A stretch of DNA of 54,101 nt, the filler included, from Ionaspis alba (taxonomy: Eukaryota), in the NCBI GenBank assembly GCA_964255285.1. It is 3 parts of 3 records of this genome, joined end to end, with 100 filler letters (N's around TTAATTAATTAA, not from the genome) between each part and the next. Parts side by side here need not be neighbours in the genome. Positions count along the whole stretch, not along the records: positions 1 to 17,972 come from CAXUUL010000302.1; 2 more parts are not named here. One strand, written 5' to 3'. Below, piece by piece: positions 1-12,226 of the stretch. The notes under the pieces are model-generated. The model made no database searches, was not told the DNA's origin, and worked only from the letters and a program-made list of their open reading frames with translations. The translations under genes were made by a program, and so were the position numbers. Within the stretch, counting starts at the first letter, position 1. The number at the start of each line of letters is the position of its first letter.

Positions 1-366
1 TCCGCAGAAACCAGGAGGAAGGTCCTGTAAGATCAGCATAGATGGTTCCACAAACCCAATGCATGAGCTTAGATTTTCTCCATGTATGGCGAAGACTGGA
101 CGCTGTTTTTTTTGAAACATGGGCCACATTTGTGGAGCTCTCAAAACGTGTCGGGGCGCTTATAGACGCGGACCTGTTTCACCAGTTTAAAAGCTCTGCG
201 GACCTTCCCCTCTCAATAATCTCTTTTGTCACCAACCGTTCGTTCTCCCTTTCCACCTCCAATCTACCACCTTATCGTCCCCCCCGCTTCCTCTGCCCAA
301 ACGACGCGGATCAGAAAAGATGAAGGTACGATGATCTAGAAATGGAATAGAGTAACATGATATACT

Positions 367-2592
367 TTACGCTGCAGCGCATCTCCCAACACCACAAAGA
401 ATCCCCTGTCCATCGTTCAACATCTTGATGTTATTTTCAAGAAGCTCCCTCTGTCTTCTCGCTGACGGAGGTTCCAAGGCGATCGCCTCCGTCTCAGCGT
501 CAGACAAGCCGTTCACCGTGATAGGGGAAAAGATTTTCTCCAGTCCACGTACAATGTGTCGCTGCACCACTTGTATTGTGATATTGTCGGTGAAAGTTTT
601 GGGACAGAGCTACGCACAGTCAGGAAGGTAGAATTGACCGAGAGCTGCGCACAACCCCATTGACTTTGTAAATCGAATACAGGCAGTCAAGAGCTTCTTA
701 ACAGCCTTGATCTTCCATGTCTAGACTGACCTCCTTAGAATACCCTCGCGATGTCTTTCCAAGATACATCGGTATACTTGTAAGATTCGAGGCAGATGCC
801 GGAGGTCTGACATGTTCGACGCTCCTTTCTTTTCTTTCACGACGTCTTTTCTTGATTGTGTCCGTGTAATAATGGTTGTACGTGATCGGATAGCTCCTGA
901 TGTCTTCCATTATCCTTTCCATCTCTCTGACTGAGTCGTCGAACCTCAACTTCAAGGCGTCTTCAACTTTGGATGACCAAAAGCGAGCGTATACACCCTT
1001 GAGGCATTTCTCCCGAAGCAACGCGTCAAGAAATCGGTTACAGACATCGGCAACATCCTCAAGGTGATGCTCGGCCATCGGTTGCCATTTGCTGGATTGC
1101 TCCCAAAGAGCTCGCCGACCAAAAACGGATTGAAGTCACCGGGAAGTTCTCGACCGCGGCTCCGAAAAAGCGCTTCTAGGACCACTCCATCGCCTAGGGC
1201 TTGGATCGATGGATCGGTGGCATCAGCCCTGCTTTCACGACACCAGGGACCACGTCTGGCTTCCTTGCTTCACTTTTCATGTCCTCCCTCTCCGTTGCGT
1301 GGCTGCCGGCCTCCACCTCGTGCTCGTCCACGTCATACCTGTAGCCGTGCATGCGTAAGGCTTTGGAGAATTGAAAGTTTTTGTACTGGATCACAGCCCG
1401 CAGCCTACGGTTCGTCGTAGGAGATTCGACGGAGAATTGGTGATCCGAGTTGGGAGCATAGTATTCTCCTTCGCAGTACCCGTTCACCGCGGCTTTACCC
1501 ACCTCATAGAAGTCCAGGCTGAGCCGAGTCAAAAAGGACTTACAATCCTGCGGCGTCGTCTGTCGGCTGCCCATCGCTTCCAATGGACGTCGTGACTCTG
1601 TCATCGCTTCCTCGAGATCCTTCCGTAATTTCGGGAGTTCCTGCTTGACGTGCTCGAAGAGCATCTGGCTCAGACGGTCCCACAGAGATGTACTTCCGAC
1701 GCACTCTTTGGACAGGATGGAAAAATTCGAGGTTCGGAAGTAACTGGTCTCGGAGATGTTGCGTTGCTCAAATGAGCTCGACCGCTCTTCATAACTTCGG
1801 TTCTTCAGTCCGTGCCAGCCTAGCTTGAAAATTATGTCCACATTCCGCGCCAGACCGAGGAACGCTTCTTCGCTGCCAGAACCAGACGGGAGGCCCTGGG
1901 GTTTTGTGATGATGCGCAGCGTGCGATGTCCTCCCGAGTCAACCTTCCTGATCTTCTTCAGGATTTCTTGATTGGCGTAGTTATTGGTGGTTGAGACCAC
2001 CGCAAGGCAAATCGTCCAATGTTGGGAAATGTAGTGGTCGGTGGTTTCCGTAACGAGCCGCACGTCCTCTTCCGTCAATTTTCGGGTTTCAGTCTGAACA
2101 AGCCCCAGAAGATCGATCAATGTCAACTGGGGTCGGGAAGGCCTTTCAATTTCGACATTCAAGACATCTTCCGCGAACGCTCTGGATCTGGAAATCAATA
2201 CGTTGTTGATTCCCGTCAGAGTCGTTGCTTTGTCCATCAAGGAGGGGAGCTCTTCAAAATCAGAGATGGACTCTTTGAAAGCTCCCATGGGCCCTCGTTC
2301 TCCAGAAGGTCTCTTATCGTCCGGGATCACATTGATCGTGATCGCATCAGTCGTTGTTCTACGTAGGATAATTTCTGTGGCGAATCGCGTACAGAGATTG
2401 TCGTTCCGTGGAAGGGGATTTCCGTGAGAGCTTTGAGAACAGAGTTTTTGCCGGCCGACTGATTATCACAGACGAGGAGTTGGGGCAGAGACAGCGTGCT
2501 CTCGAGGCCGCATTTGCGGAGCTGATCGATAATGTTGAGGACATTCCGTTGCTCCACTGACGTTGTCTCCAAAGCCTGAGGCGTGTTGCCAT
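367..2592 (-). pseudogene. Dynamin-family (fungal Mx/Vps1-like) GTPase pseudogene
   Basis: Consecutive fragments in different frames (2327-2572, 1194-2330, 952-1185, 698-1078, 367-570) join into one dynamin-like protein: LPQLLVCDNQSAGKNSVL..EIPF/PRNDNLCTRFATE, LTLIDLLGL, ITKPQ, SRGRELPG, YNHYYTD, VQRHIV. There are several frameshifts and a stop at 698-700, and the G1, G3 and G4 motifs are degenerate. Confidence 0.85.
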
Positions 2593-3190
2593 CCTCGGAT
2601 TCAAGGAAGCTTTCGGCGATCGACTGGTCGTCTGGTGTGCGCGGATATCAGCAGACAATTCGTGACGTAAGTAAGTCAATGCATATAAAGTATTTGCCAG
2701 AAGATCTTGTCGAGGAACCTCGACGATGTAAGTCGAAGCCGTAGCAGGACGGAGATATGGTAAAGATCAAAGATTGAAGACGGATGTTACAACCGTCGGA
2801 AGTGTATAGAAAACGAGGCCACAGCGATTGAATTAGCGGCTTAGCCAAATCAAGGAGTTTGCTCGAAAATGATAGATTGGCAAGTACCCGCAGAGACAAT
2901 TCGCTCCCTCCGAGTCGCGGAAACCTTGCATTTCTTAACTGACAATGTTCCTCAAGGTGCATGATAGCGCTGTGCACGCCATTATTTCACGTTGGTGCAT
3001 TAATATCTCTACCCTAAGGTCATGGGTACGGTATGCAAGCTCGAAGTTCAAACCTAGTGTCAGGAGAGGACCCCGACTGTTAGCTTTGGGGAGAGGCAGT
3101 AATGCGATTGTTCAAGTGCTTCTAGATCAGTATAAAATATAGCCCACCCTAATGCGATACCATCTCGAACATCACTCTTCGCTATGTATA

Positions 3191-5063
3191 TCACAACTTT
3201 GACGAAACCCACATCCCGAGCTTCTCCAGTCCGGCGGGTCCATCGTATATCTGCTGCTCTACCATGCGTGTATTAACCTGCAGAGTATTAGCACCATGAC
3301 TGGTCGACTAAAAAGGCTAGTTCTGCGTACGTGTTGCGGGCCCAGTTCCTGCACGGTTTGAGCTCCTAGAAGGCGCATTACGGTCTCAAGCTCCTCTTGC
3401 AAGACTGCGAACGTCAGCTTTAGTGTCTCGATGGAGTTCGATGTGCGTTTCAATTCAGCGACTTACTTTCCAACGTTCTCTCCACCCCTGCGGGCCCACC
3501 GGCTCCGAGACCCCATAGTGCAGCTCTACCTATCCCCACTCCCCTCGCTCCCAAGCAGAGTGCCTTGACCACATCAGTACCTCGTTTGATGCCTCCGTCC
3601 ACATATACTTCGATCTTGCTGAGGACCTCCGGACAATATTTCCTGATCTCCAAAAGCGTGTGAATCGCCGGCGGTGCGGTGTCCGCAGCCCGTCCACCAT
3701 GGTTTGAAAGGATGATTCCTTTGACCTGAGACGCATATAGAGATGCAATGTAGGCGTCTTCGTGCGTCTGTATACCCTTTAGCACAATGGGTAGATTCGT
3801 ATGCTTTGCGAGCCAAGGTAAAGTTCGTTTCCAAGTCAATTTAGGAGAAGTCCCTGCAAACAGAGATTTGCCAATCCCGCCGCCACCGGGCTTAGGTGCA
3901 GAGTCTGTTTGCCCGGCAGAAGTCACTGCCAGACCTGCTCCTATTGCATCTGACTTCTGATCGTGTTCTCGCTTTCCTGGTACAGGCGCATCAAGTGTGA
4001 GGCAGACAAATTTGATCTTAGGTGCAAGTTTGTGAACGCGGACGAGCATGTCTTCGCTTTTCTTCCTGTCGATCTGAGCATACAACTGCCAGCCAAACAC
4101 TTGATCTGGCGCCGCATCTGCTACAATCTGTTCTGGTGTCATTGAGGCGTTGTTCGATATCAGTTGCATGGCTCCAAACTTCGAGCAAGCTTGAGCGATG
4201 CCGGCCTCGCCAGATGGGTGAGCCAATCGTGCCATAGCTGCAGGTGAGACATAAATTGGCGTTTTAACTCTATGGCCCAAAAAGGTTGTTGAAGTATCAC
4301 AATTCTCGCAGTCAACGAAAATTCGTGGCCGTAGAAAAATAGATCTGTACACTTCGTTGTTTAGACGTTTCGATATTAGATCATCACCGGCAGAAAAGTA
4401 GTAAGCCCATGCTTTCTTGCTAATCTGCTTGGTAGCGATCTCCTCAATCTCATCAAGGTTGAGAAGGCTTTCTATTGGTGGCGGTCCTTCTTCTATATGC
4501 TTTTCTTTGGGATTATCTTCCTTCGTCAAGCTCTCAACGTCAATCTGCCCCAGCTTCGCTTCTGGCGGAAGGCTTTCCTCGAGCGTGCCTGGTGGATGGA
4601 CGGGGTCGTACTGCTCTGTGGCATTTTTGCCTGCGAGCCGCAAAATGATACCTGAACCACCGGGATGGTTGGGAAGGAAGGACGTAACCTCAATTATCTT
4701 TCAGCCGTAATAGACACAGAATGGAGCGAACTAACATCGTAGACACTACCATAGAGGATCACCCAACAGCTTTCTGGGCCGTTGTGCTTGGCGACTAGCA
4801 TATCTCAATATCAACTCACAGGACAGATCAACAAACAAATATTGGTAGACGTTGGATTGATCCATAGAAGTGCCGCTGTTGCTATGCGAACTCTCTGTAC
4901 ACAAATCGAAATCGATTCGCTCCGCTCAGCTCTGAGTTCAAAGGCTCATCATTGTAGGCGCGAGGAAGAGAGCGAATGGAAAAGAGAAATCGCATAAGCA
5001 AAGTATGCAGAGGTGTGTATACCATCCCGACATACCTTCTGCCGCATCGAAAGTCGTTGTCAT
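3191..5063 (-). CDS. Cytochrome b2-like FMN-dependent alpha-hydroxy acid dehydrogenase (cytochrome b5 domain + FMN_dh), multi-exon, C-terminal SKL
   Basis: Spliced N-terminus [40 protein letters not shown] (b5 heme motif). SNHGGR and [14 protein letters not shown] motifs are present. The last exon reads [28 protein letters not shown]. Confidence 0.92.
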
Positions 5064-5412
5064 TGCCGCGAGCAAAAGCTCCGATACCGTCACCAGTCGC
5101 AAAAGCAGACGCGTAGATTCCCCGCTTCTCGATATCTTATAAACTGCTGGTGATGGTGAAAATAATTCAAGCAAAGTGATTGTGGAAAGACTCGTACAAG
5201 CGCAACGAATTATGTCATTTGGTGGCTTGCTCATATGCTGGGTTCTCGCGTGCAACGAAGCGTCTGTGCTAGGTGTGGCGTCTGGAGTAGCCCTGGCATA
5301 TCAGCCCTAACGCCAATAGAGTAGATGCCAATCTTCGAGCCCGAAGATCATCGTTGCGGACGTTGGCATTTAGTATACACAAGATATAGATATCAGATGA
5401 TTCGTCGTGGAC

Positions 5413-5871
5413 ATGTTTGAGGTATGTCAATTGTTGTTGGTTGCCACAATGGCTGCTCACGATGGTCAGTACCATGCTTCCGATCGATACCGTCTCCGCT
5501 CCCACCGGGCGCGATCGGTCGTCCTCACGAATGAGGAGCTGGTCGAAGTCAGGGCGGCCCAGCGCACCTTCGAAGGAGCATATATACGGACAGCACTTTC
5601 GCAGTTCAGCTTCGCGTTGATTGTTCTCAAGATATTTACCGCCGAATTCTATTCTATCGGAGCTTTGTTCGCAGTCTATGGAGCAGGAATACTCATTACG
5701 AGCTTGTTTCGACGCCAGCAAGGAAATAAGCAGTTTTTCTCTGAGGCCGGGGAAGATGGGTTGAATAGGAAGAAGTTTAGAACCAGTGGTAATGTGGTGG
5801 TGGTCTTGACCGCATTGTCGGTCGCGGCGTATGGGTGTCTTTTAGGGCTCACGATGAAACTAAAGGCCTGA
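5413..5871 (+). CDS. DUF202-type small membrane protein
   Basis: RAAQRTFEGAYIRTALSQFSFALIVLKIF motif followed by hydrophobic helices. Probable in-frame 48-nt intron at 5422-5469; start codon uncertain. Confidence 0.7.
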   Translation: MFEVCQLLLVATMAAHDGQYHASDRYRLRSHRARSVVLTNEELVEVRAAQRTFEGAYIRTALSQFSFALIVLKIFTAEFYSIGALFAVYGAGILITSLFRRQQGNKQFFSEAGEDGLNRKKFRTSGNVVVVLTALSVAAYGCLLGLTMKLKA

Positions 5872-6859
5872 TCGGATTCTTTGGCATGGTCTCCAGGCGT
5901 TCAAGATTGCGAAACCAGGCATCTGAGGATCTGGAAGTCAGCCATATTGATCTGACTGCGATAGTGTCTAGAACTACTCTGACTTGGTCTTTGTCCTCCA
6001 GATTGTGAGGCACCATTATAGATGAGATATCTCCGAATAAAACATTGCTTTGGTTTCATGTTTTTGGATTCAAAGCACCTCGAGAGATAAGACACTATGT
6101 GTTGATGTCAGACCAGGTAAAGGATCAAATTATAGGACAATAGATGATAGGAATTTGAGCACGATGCCAAAAGCCCGGATCTGATTGGTACTCCCAGGAG
6201 TCAAGACTGATAGGATAAGGCAGAGCGTTCCCGACGCAAACAACAGGTCCATTCCCTATGTTTTGTGACACATCAACGGTGCATCTCTCATCAGCTTCCT
6301 CGTTACATCTGACGTCGCCATCTGGTGTAATATTGTCCACCGCTATTCTTCTTAGGTTGCACCACAGCATAATTTCATGCCAGATTGAACCAACGGCTGA
6401 TTAGGAAAGGGAAAGCTTCTAGAAGGGCAACGGGCGCAAGAAGAAAGATAGCTCCAGCTCTAGCATTGACCCCTGTCCCATGTCGTCGGCCAAGAGCTAA
6501 ATCCCCAAGCCCAAATTTCTTTCGAAAGAACTGTTGGCCTTGGCTGCCACGCTGTGCAAAGAGTCACACAGACACCACTTCTCTTCTTCCTTCCTCCTTC
6601 ACGTTTGCATCTTCTTGCATCACACGCCGGGGCTCTTCTCCGTTGCAGCTTCATTATGTGTTGTTCGCATCATCATTCTGGCATTTTTTCCAGACGGGAT
6701 CCTGACTGAACCAACACTTAAGTCCGAGCTGGTCCTCAACACTGCTCTACGACATAGCAACGCATACATTTAAAGACTCAACATCTTCTGCAACAAACTC
6801 TTACTTTGACATCTTACCTGTTGACATCAAATAACTCCAGAGCCACAAAATTTGTACCA

Positions 6860-9268
6860 ATGCCATTGCTGGGAAACCAGAATCCGGAGCCCGATGCGAC
6901 TTACCAGGAGCCCAGCACGGAAGCGCTCCGTCCATTCTCTCATCGCAAACAAAGTCAGCACTCTAACATAGCAATAGCAGCCATGATGCATGAGTCCTCT
7001 GCTTTTGAAGGTCTCCGGTCTCAGGGAGAACGCGATGGCATGAAAGAGGCTCCCTTGCCACATAGAAGCGTGGAAAACTCTTTGGCGGCGCCACCATACT
7101 CATTACACCAGCAAAGCAATGGCACGGGTGCAGCATTGACTGATACTCCTGCCACTACTGCGCCCAACAGCCCCAGAATGTAAGTCGGCATCAAGCAGCC
7201 TCATTTAATCTGATGAGTCTAACATCTGATCCAGTACTCCATCGCGCAAAGACTCTGGCACTGCAACACCGCTTCGAGCTCGCCCTACAACTTTGGATAT
7301 ACCGGGGCTTACCAAATCGAAAGTCTCGCCCGACGGTAGAATAGCGCAGCGTGATGTCGGATCTAAACTGGTCATTGTCATGGTCGGGCTTCCTGCTAGA
7401 GGCAAGAGCTACGTGACGAAGAAAATAGCAAGATACTTGAACTGGCTACAACACGACACGCGCATCTTCAATGTGGGTGAGAGAAGACGTGTCGCCACCG
7501 GCGCACCAAGTCGTCTTAACACACCAGGGCAGCCTTCTGAATGCCTTGACAGAAACGGAGGGTTCAAGCTGGGTGTTAATCCCTCATCACTCAATGGCAT
7601 CTTACACAAGGAGATGATGCTGGACCCTCCTGCACAAGCAGCAAAGATCTTGATCAATGGCCAAGACATCGATGAAGACCTTGAGAATGGAGGTGCTCTC
7701 CCACCTCCGGCCATGGCATCGGGAGAGCCAGAAAAGAACGGGTCTGATCATCTTACCTCTTCTGCCGACCTTATGAAAGCAGGCGGGCTTACAGTGAACA
7801 CGGACTGTGAGGAGCAGGTGATGGAACAAACAGCCGACTTCTTCAATCCCAAAAACACAAAAGCCGCACAGCTTCGAGAAGAAGTCGCACTCGCAACCCT
7901 GGACGAGCTTCTGGACTACATTCTCGACGAAGGCGGCTCGGTCGGCATCTTCGATGCTACTAACAGCACCCTCCAACGTCGAAAAATGATCATGAATAGG
8001 ATTCGTGAACGAGCTGGTCCTGAGCTCGGCGTCCTGTTTCTCGAGTCTCTTTGCTTGGATCAAAATGTAGGGAGGCACATGCCAGACGTCACAAGTTTTA
8101 AAGCACTAATAAGTTGATCTAGTTACTTGAATCGAATATGAGACTGAAGCTTTCTGGTCCTGACTACAAGGACCAAGATCCTGTCGTAGCGCTGGCTGAT
8201 TTCAGGAAGCGTGTTTCGATGTATGAGACAGCCTATGTTCCCCTCGGTGACTATGAGGAGGCAAATGATATGCCTTATGTTCAGGTGTGTAGAATTCAGA
8301 CTAACGCCTCCTGAAGTCTTGCTAATTACTCATTACAGATGATCGACGTCGGACGCAAAGTGGTTTCTCACCAGATCCGTGGTTTTCTCTCTGCTCAGAC
8401 TGTCTATTATCTTCTTAACTTTAATCTCTCACCAAGGCAGATCTGGATAACTAGGCATGGGGAGTCTTTAGATAACCTTAATGGCAAGATTGGTGGAGAC
8501 TCCGATTTGAGTGTTAATGGCCAAGCCTATGCCAAGGCCTTGACTAAGTTCATCAAATACGAACGAGAGATGTGGGACATTCGCCAGGAAGACAAAGCCC
8601 GGTCAACGCATTTCCCTCCTCGTCCTGGCGACACCACACCTCCGAACCCGGAGTATTCCAGCAGAGGCGATGGCAAGAGCGGCCAAATGTCGAAGAGTTT
8701 CTGCGTATGGACTTCCATGCTCAAGAGGAGTATCCAGACTGCTCAATACTTTGACGAGGAAGACTTCGATGTCAAACAAATGAGGATGTTGGACGAACTC
8801 AATGCTGGTGCCATGGAAGGCATGACCTACGAGGAAATCAAAACGAATATGAACGATGAGTACGAGTTGAGGAAAAGTGACAAGCTTCACTATCGCTATC
8901 CAGGACCGGGCGGGGAGGGCTACCTCGATATCATAAACCGTCTCCGTGCTGTCATTGTCGAAGTCGAGAGAATGACTGATCATGTTCTCTTGGTCGGGCA
9001 TCGTTCGATCGCACGTGTCTTGCTGGCGTACTTTAAAGGTCTCAAGCGGGAAGACGTTGCCGATCTGGATGTTCCCTTGGGGATGTTGTATATGCTCGAG
9101 CCGGTAAGTCCACGAACTCATATTCTTGCTCTTGGGACCTTCTGACTTATCACATAGAAACCATATGGTGTCGACTTCAAGGCGTATCGATACAACTCCG
9201 AAACCGACTGGTTTGACGAAGTTCCGAATTATGAGCTGCGTCGAGCGCACACTCAGCATCCCTATTGA
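6860..9268 (+). CDS. 6-phosphofructo-2-kinase / fructose-2,6-bisphosphatase (PFK26-like), multi-exon
   Basis: Kinase P-loop MVGLPARGKSY, IFNVGERRR, FDATNST and phosphatase RHGES..LDELNAG..YRYPG..GH motifs. GT-AG introns near 7180, 8067, 8285 and 9104. The last exon ends KPYGVDFKAY..HPY*. Confidence 0.92.
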
Positions 9269-10355
9269 AATCGATGGAGGAGTCACTCGAGTGCTTGCCA
9301 ACTAGAATTTTTGTCCTTTCAGCGAGGGCGTCCGGGGTTTTGTGGCTTTTGGCGCATGCTGGTCATCAGTACAGGATAGGATAGTGAAACAGTCATACTC
9401 GGGTCTACTGAGCCTTTTGTGAACGGGTAGTCTAACGTGGTTTCCACAGGTCTGTGAAGGAGGTGCCCACTCAGTTTCATGTAGTGTATCAATATAACTG
9501 ACTTGATTGTTTGAATGAACAAGGCTCCAATGTGATATTGACCACTCTCATTGAGCATATATAAGGTTGTGTCACATTATAGTGAAATGCCACCTCCTTT
9601 TCTGCGAACCTGACTAGGCTGATAAGCGTCAAGTTTTCAGTGCCTGAGGGTGTGAAGGACGACAAGGGGTCCAGCGGGCATAGTCCATGGAAGATGGAGG
9701 TAGCCCTCAAGAGGTCCGAAGGTACTGGGCAGCCATATCTCTACCTGAAACTAGACAATTCCCCTTATGATTGTATGTGATGCTCCGGGCAACAAGTATG
9801 CATTCTGATGAGATCACCTGCTCGAGGTCTTGTAGAAGCCCCTCTTATGTTGCAGTAGAACGCAAGTCACATCTAGTACCCTCATTGCGGAACCAAGGAG
9901 CTGGTTCGGGAAATAGGCGAGTCGTTGTGGTTCACAGCACACCCCCCTCCTTTACCCGTGGAGGGCATCCCTTCCTGAACATTCAACCCTCCCTTCCAGC
10001 CTTGCAATTTCCCCTCTTCTACCTCTCCGTTTCACCTCTTCGTCGTCTTGAAGTCCTCAGCACACCGCCCTCTTCTCCTTCCTTTATCTCCTCTAGCGAG
10101 CTCTCTTTCTAAAAATCAGCTAAACCTGTGGACTCCAAGCTTTCCCCGAGCTTTGCCGGTAGGAACACAAACACCTGCTACACAATCAGATTCAAGCTGT
10201 CTCGGCATTTGGGCCGAAAATTTACGCTCCTGATCAACACTTGGCGACCCAAAGCTGGCCGGCAAGTGCTCTTGAGATACCTTCCCCCTCGGTCATCCAC
10301 TCTTCCGTCCTACGCTCCAAGAAGCCCCCTCAGCTCTCTCCTCAACCGTGTCATC

Positions 10356-11738
10356 ATGGTACCAACATCGAATTACGCGTCATCTTTCAATATGCCTCGG
10401 GCGAGAGCTGATGGGGCAGACGGAGTATCGATCAAATCTGCTTCACCTGCTGGTACTACTGCCTCAACCTCAGCCTCGACAGGCATGAAGCGAAAACGAG
10501 CTTCGGAGCCCAAGTTCTACTCAGTACGCGTAGGGCATCGCCCAGGGATATACCACAGCTGGAACGACTGCCTAGAACAAGTCAAGGGCTTCAAGAACGC
10601 TACCTGTAAGCTCTTCTGGGCTAAAAGTCTTGCAACCTCAGCTTACATGTTCACTGTGTAACATAGTCAAGTCTTTCCCTACTCTCACAGACGCTGAAAG
10701 GTTCCTCGCTGGCGAAGATCCGACGAAAGGCACTGCCGGATCCTCCCCAGCCTACAAATTCTACGCTGTCCGAAGTGGAAGGATACCAGGGATATACACA
10801 GACTGGCCATCAGCACAGAGGCAGATCACAGGATGGACGAAACCAAAACACAAGTGCTTCAGTACGCGGGCGGAAGCGCAAAGATTCTTGGAAGGAGATA
10901 GCAAGTTGGCAGATGACACAGACGGGTCAGAGCTGACTGGTGGGGCTCATTTCGCAGAGTCCTCGGAAAACTCTCACCAGCCAACAGCGAAGAAGGCAAA
11001 GAAAGGAGCAACAATTAATGGAACAGCGAAAGTCGCGAAGCCGGTCTTCGAAGAATACAATCCAGAGCTTTACGACCCTGGAACAGGACCGTTACCGCCG
11101 TTCTCTGAAGACGGATTCGACCCAAACATTCTTCTCCAATACAACTCTGGCGCTGTCATCTACAAGACTCCTATACAAAGACAGGCCACAAAGCTGCAAG
11201 CGACGGGACCTACGCAAGACAGTATACTGCGCATCTTTACAGACGGAAGCTCATTGCGCAACGGTCAGGTCGGAGCGTTTGCAGGTGTAGGCGTCTACTT
11301 CGGCCCAGCCGATGGAAGGTGAGATTGAACGAGAGATACGGTAACGTCTACTGAACCATCTACATCAGGAACATATCCGAAGCCCTTCCTGGCGCGCGCC
11401 AAACGAATCAACGCGCCGAACTCACAGCCATCCTCCGAGCTCTCGACACAGTCCCTCGAGATCGAGACGTGATGATAGTGACCGACAGCCGCTACGCCAT
11501 CGACTGCGTAACGACCTGGCATGTGAATTGGCGAAAGAACGGGTGGAAAACTTCCGCTGGCAAAGCGGTAGAGAACCGAGATCTCGTAGAGAACATACTT
11601 GGAAGGGTGGAAGACCGCAATGCGATTGGGTCACAGACAAATTTTGAGTGGGTCAAAGGACATGCGAATGATCCGGGGAATGTGGCAGCGGATCAGCTGG
11701 CTGTTGCTGGGGCGAGGAGGGCTGCGAATTTGACCTGA
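10356..11738 (+). CDS. RNH1: Ribonuclease H1 with two N-terminal hybrid-binding domains
   Basis: Two FY(S/A)VRxGxxPGIYxxW repeats, catalytic IFTDGSS, QTNQRAEL, TDSRY, WVKGH and GNVAAD motifs, two GT-AG introns. Confidence 0.93.
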
Positions 11739-12226
11739 TGTATGATAGAGCTGGATACTGTCTAACGATACTGGCGGGGGTTGTCATGTCATGCCGATTG
11801 ATGGCTAGATCTGATAGCTCGAGAAGCATTTGGTATGCACGTGCTAACCTACTAGATCGCATTCGACGAGAAAGCGGTCGGCTAGCGGAAAACTGAACCT
11901 GAAGGAGAAAGCTCTGTTAAGGCATTCAAAACGTGAACTAGTCAATTGCCGAGTGTCCAAAATCTTTTGGATCCTTGCAAGCCCTAGCACTAGCTCCCGG
12001 ATCGGAAAAACTTAGGAAGCTCTTATCAAACTACCTTCCCGATTGAGACAAGAAATGGCGTAGGCGTGCCATAGCTCGTCCTCTGAGCCAGACTCCGGCT
12101 GTGGAGTAGGCGTTGAAGTAACGGAGTGATATAAGATGTGCTCGTTTGCTCCCAGACCTCGGGTACATCGTTCATCACTGTTTGCACAACGGCACAGAAG
12201 GCTGTAGGAGCTAGTCTTATTAGAAT

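Noticed and set aside
4796..5035. Possible box C/D snoRNA in the long first intron of the cytochrome b2 gene (ATGATGA..CTGA on the minus strand)
   Set aside because: Only one CTGA, about 16 nt after box C. No terminal D box or stem, and no rRNA complementarity that I could recognise.
8603..9301. 232-aa ORF antisense to PFK-2 (and similar antisense ORFs over MBOAT, SFH1 and MetAP2)
   Set aside because: Shadow frames of real genes on the opposite strand.
10490..10890. RNase H and viroplasmin-like repeats as a retroelement or viral remnant
   Set aside because: The architecture is that of cellular RNase H1 with introns, and there is no RT, integrase or LTR.
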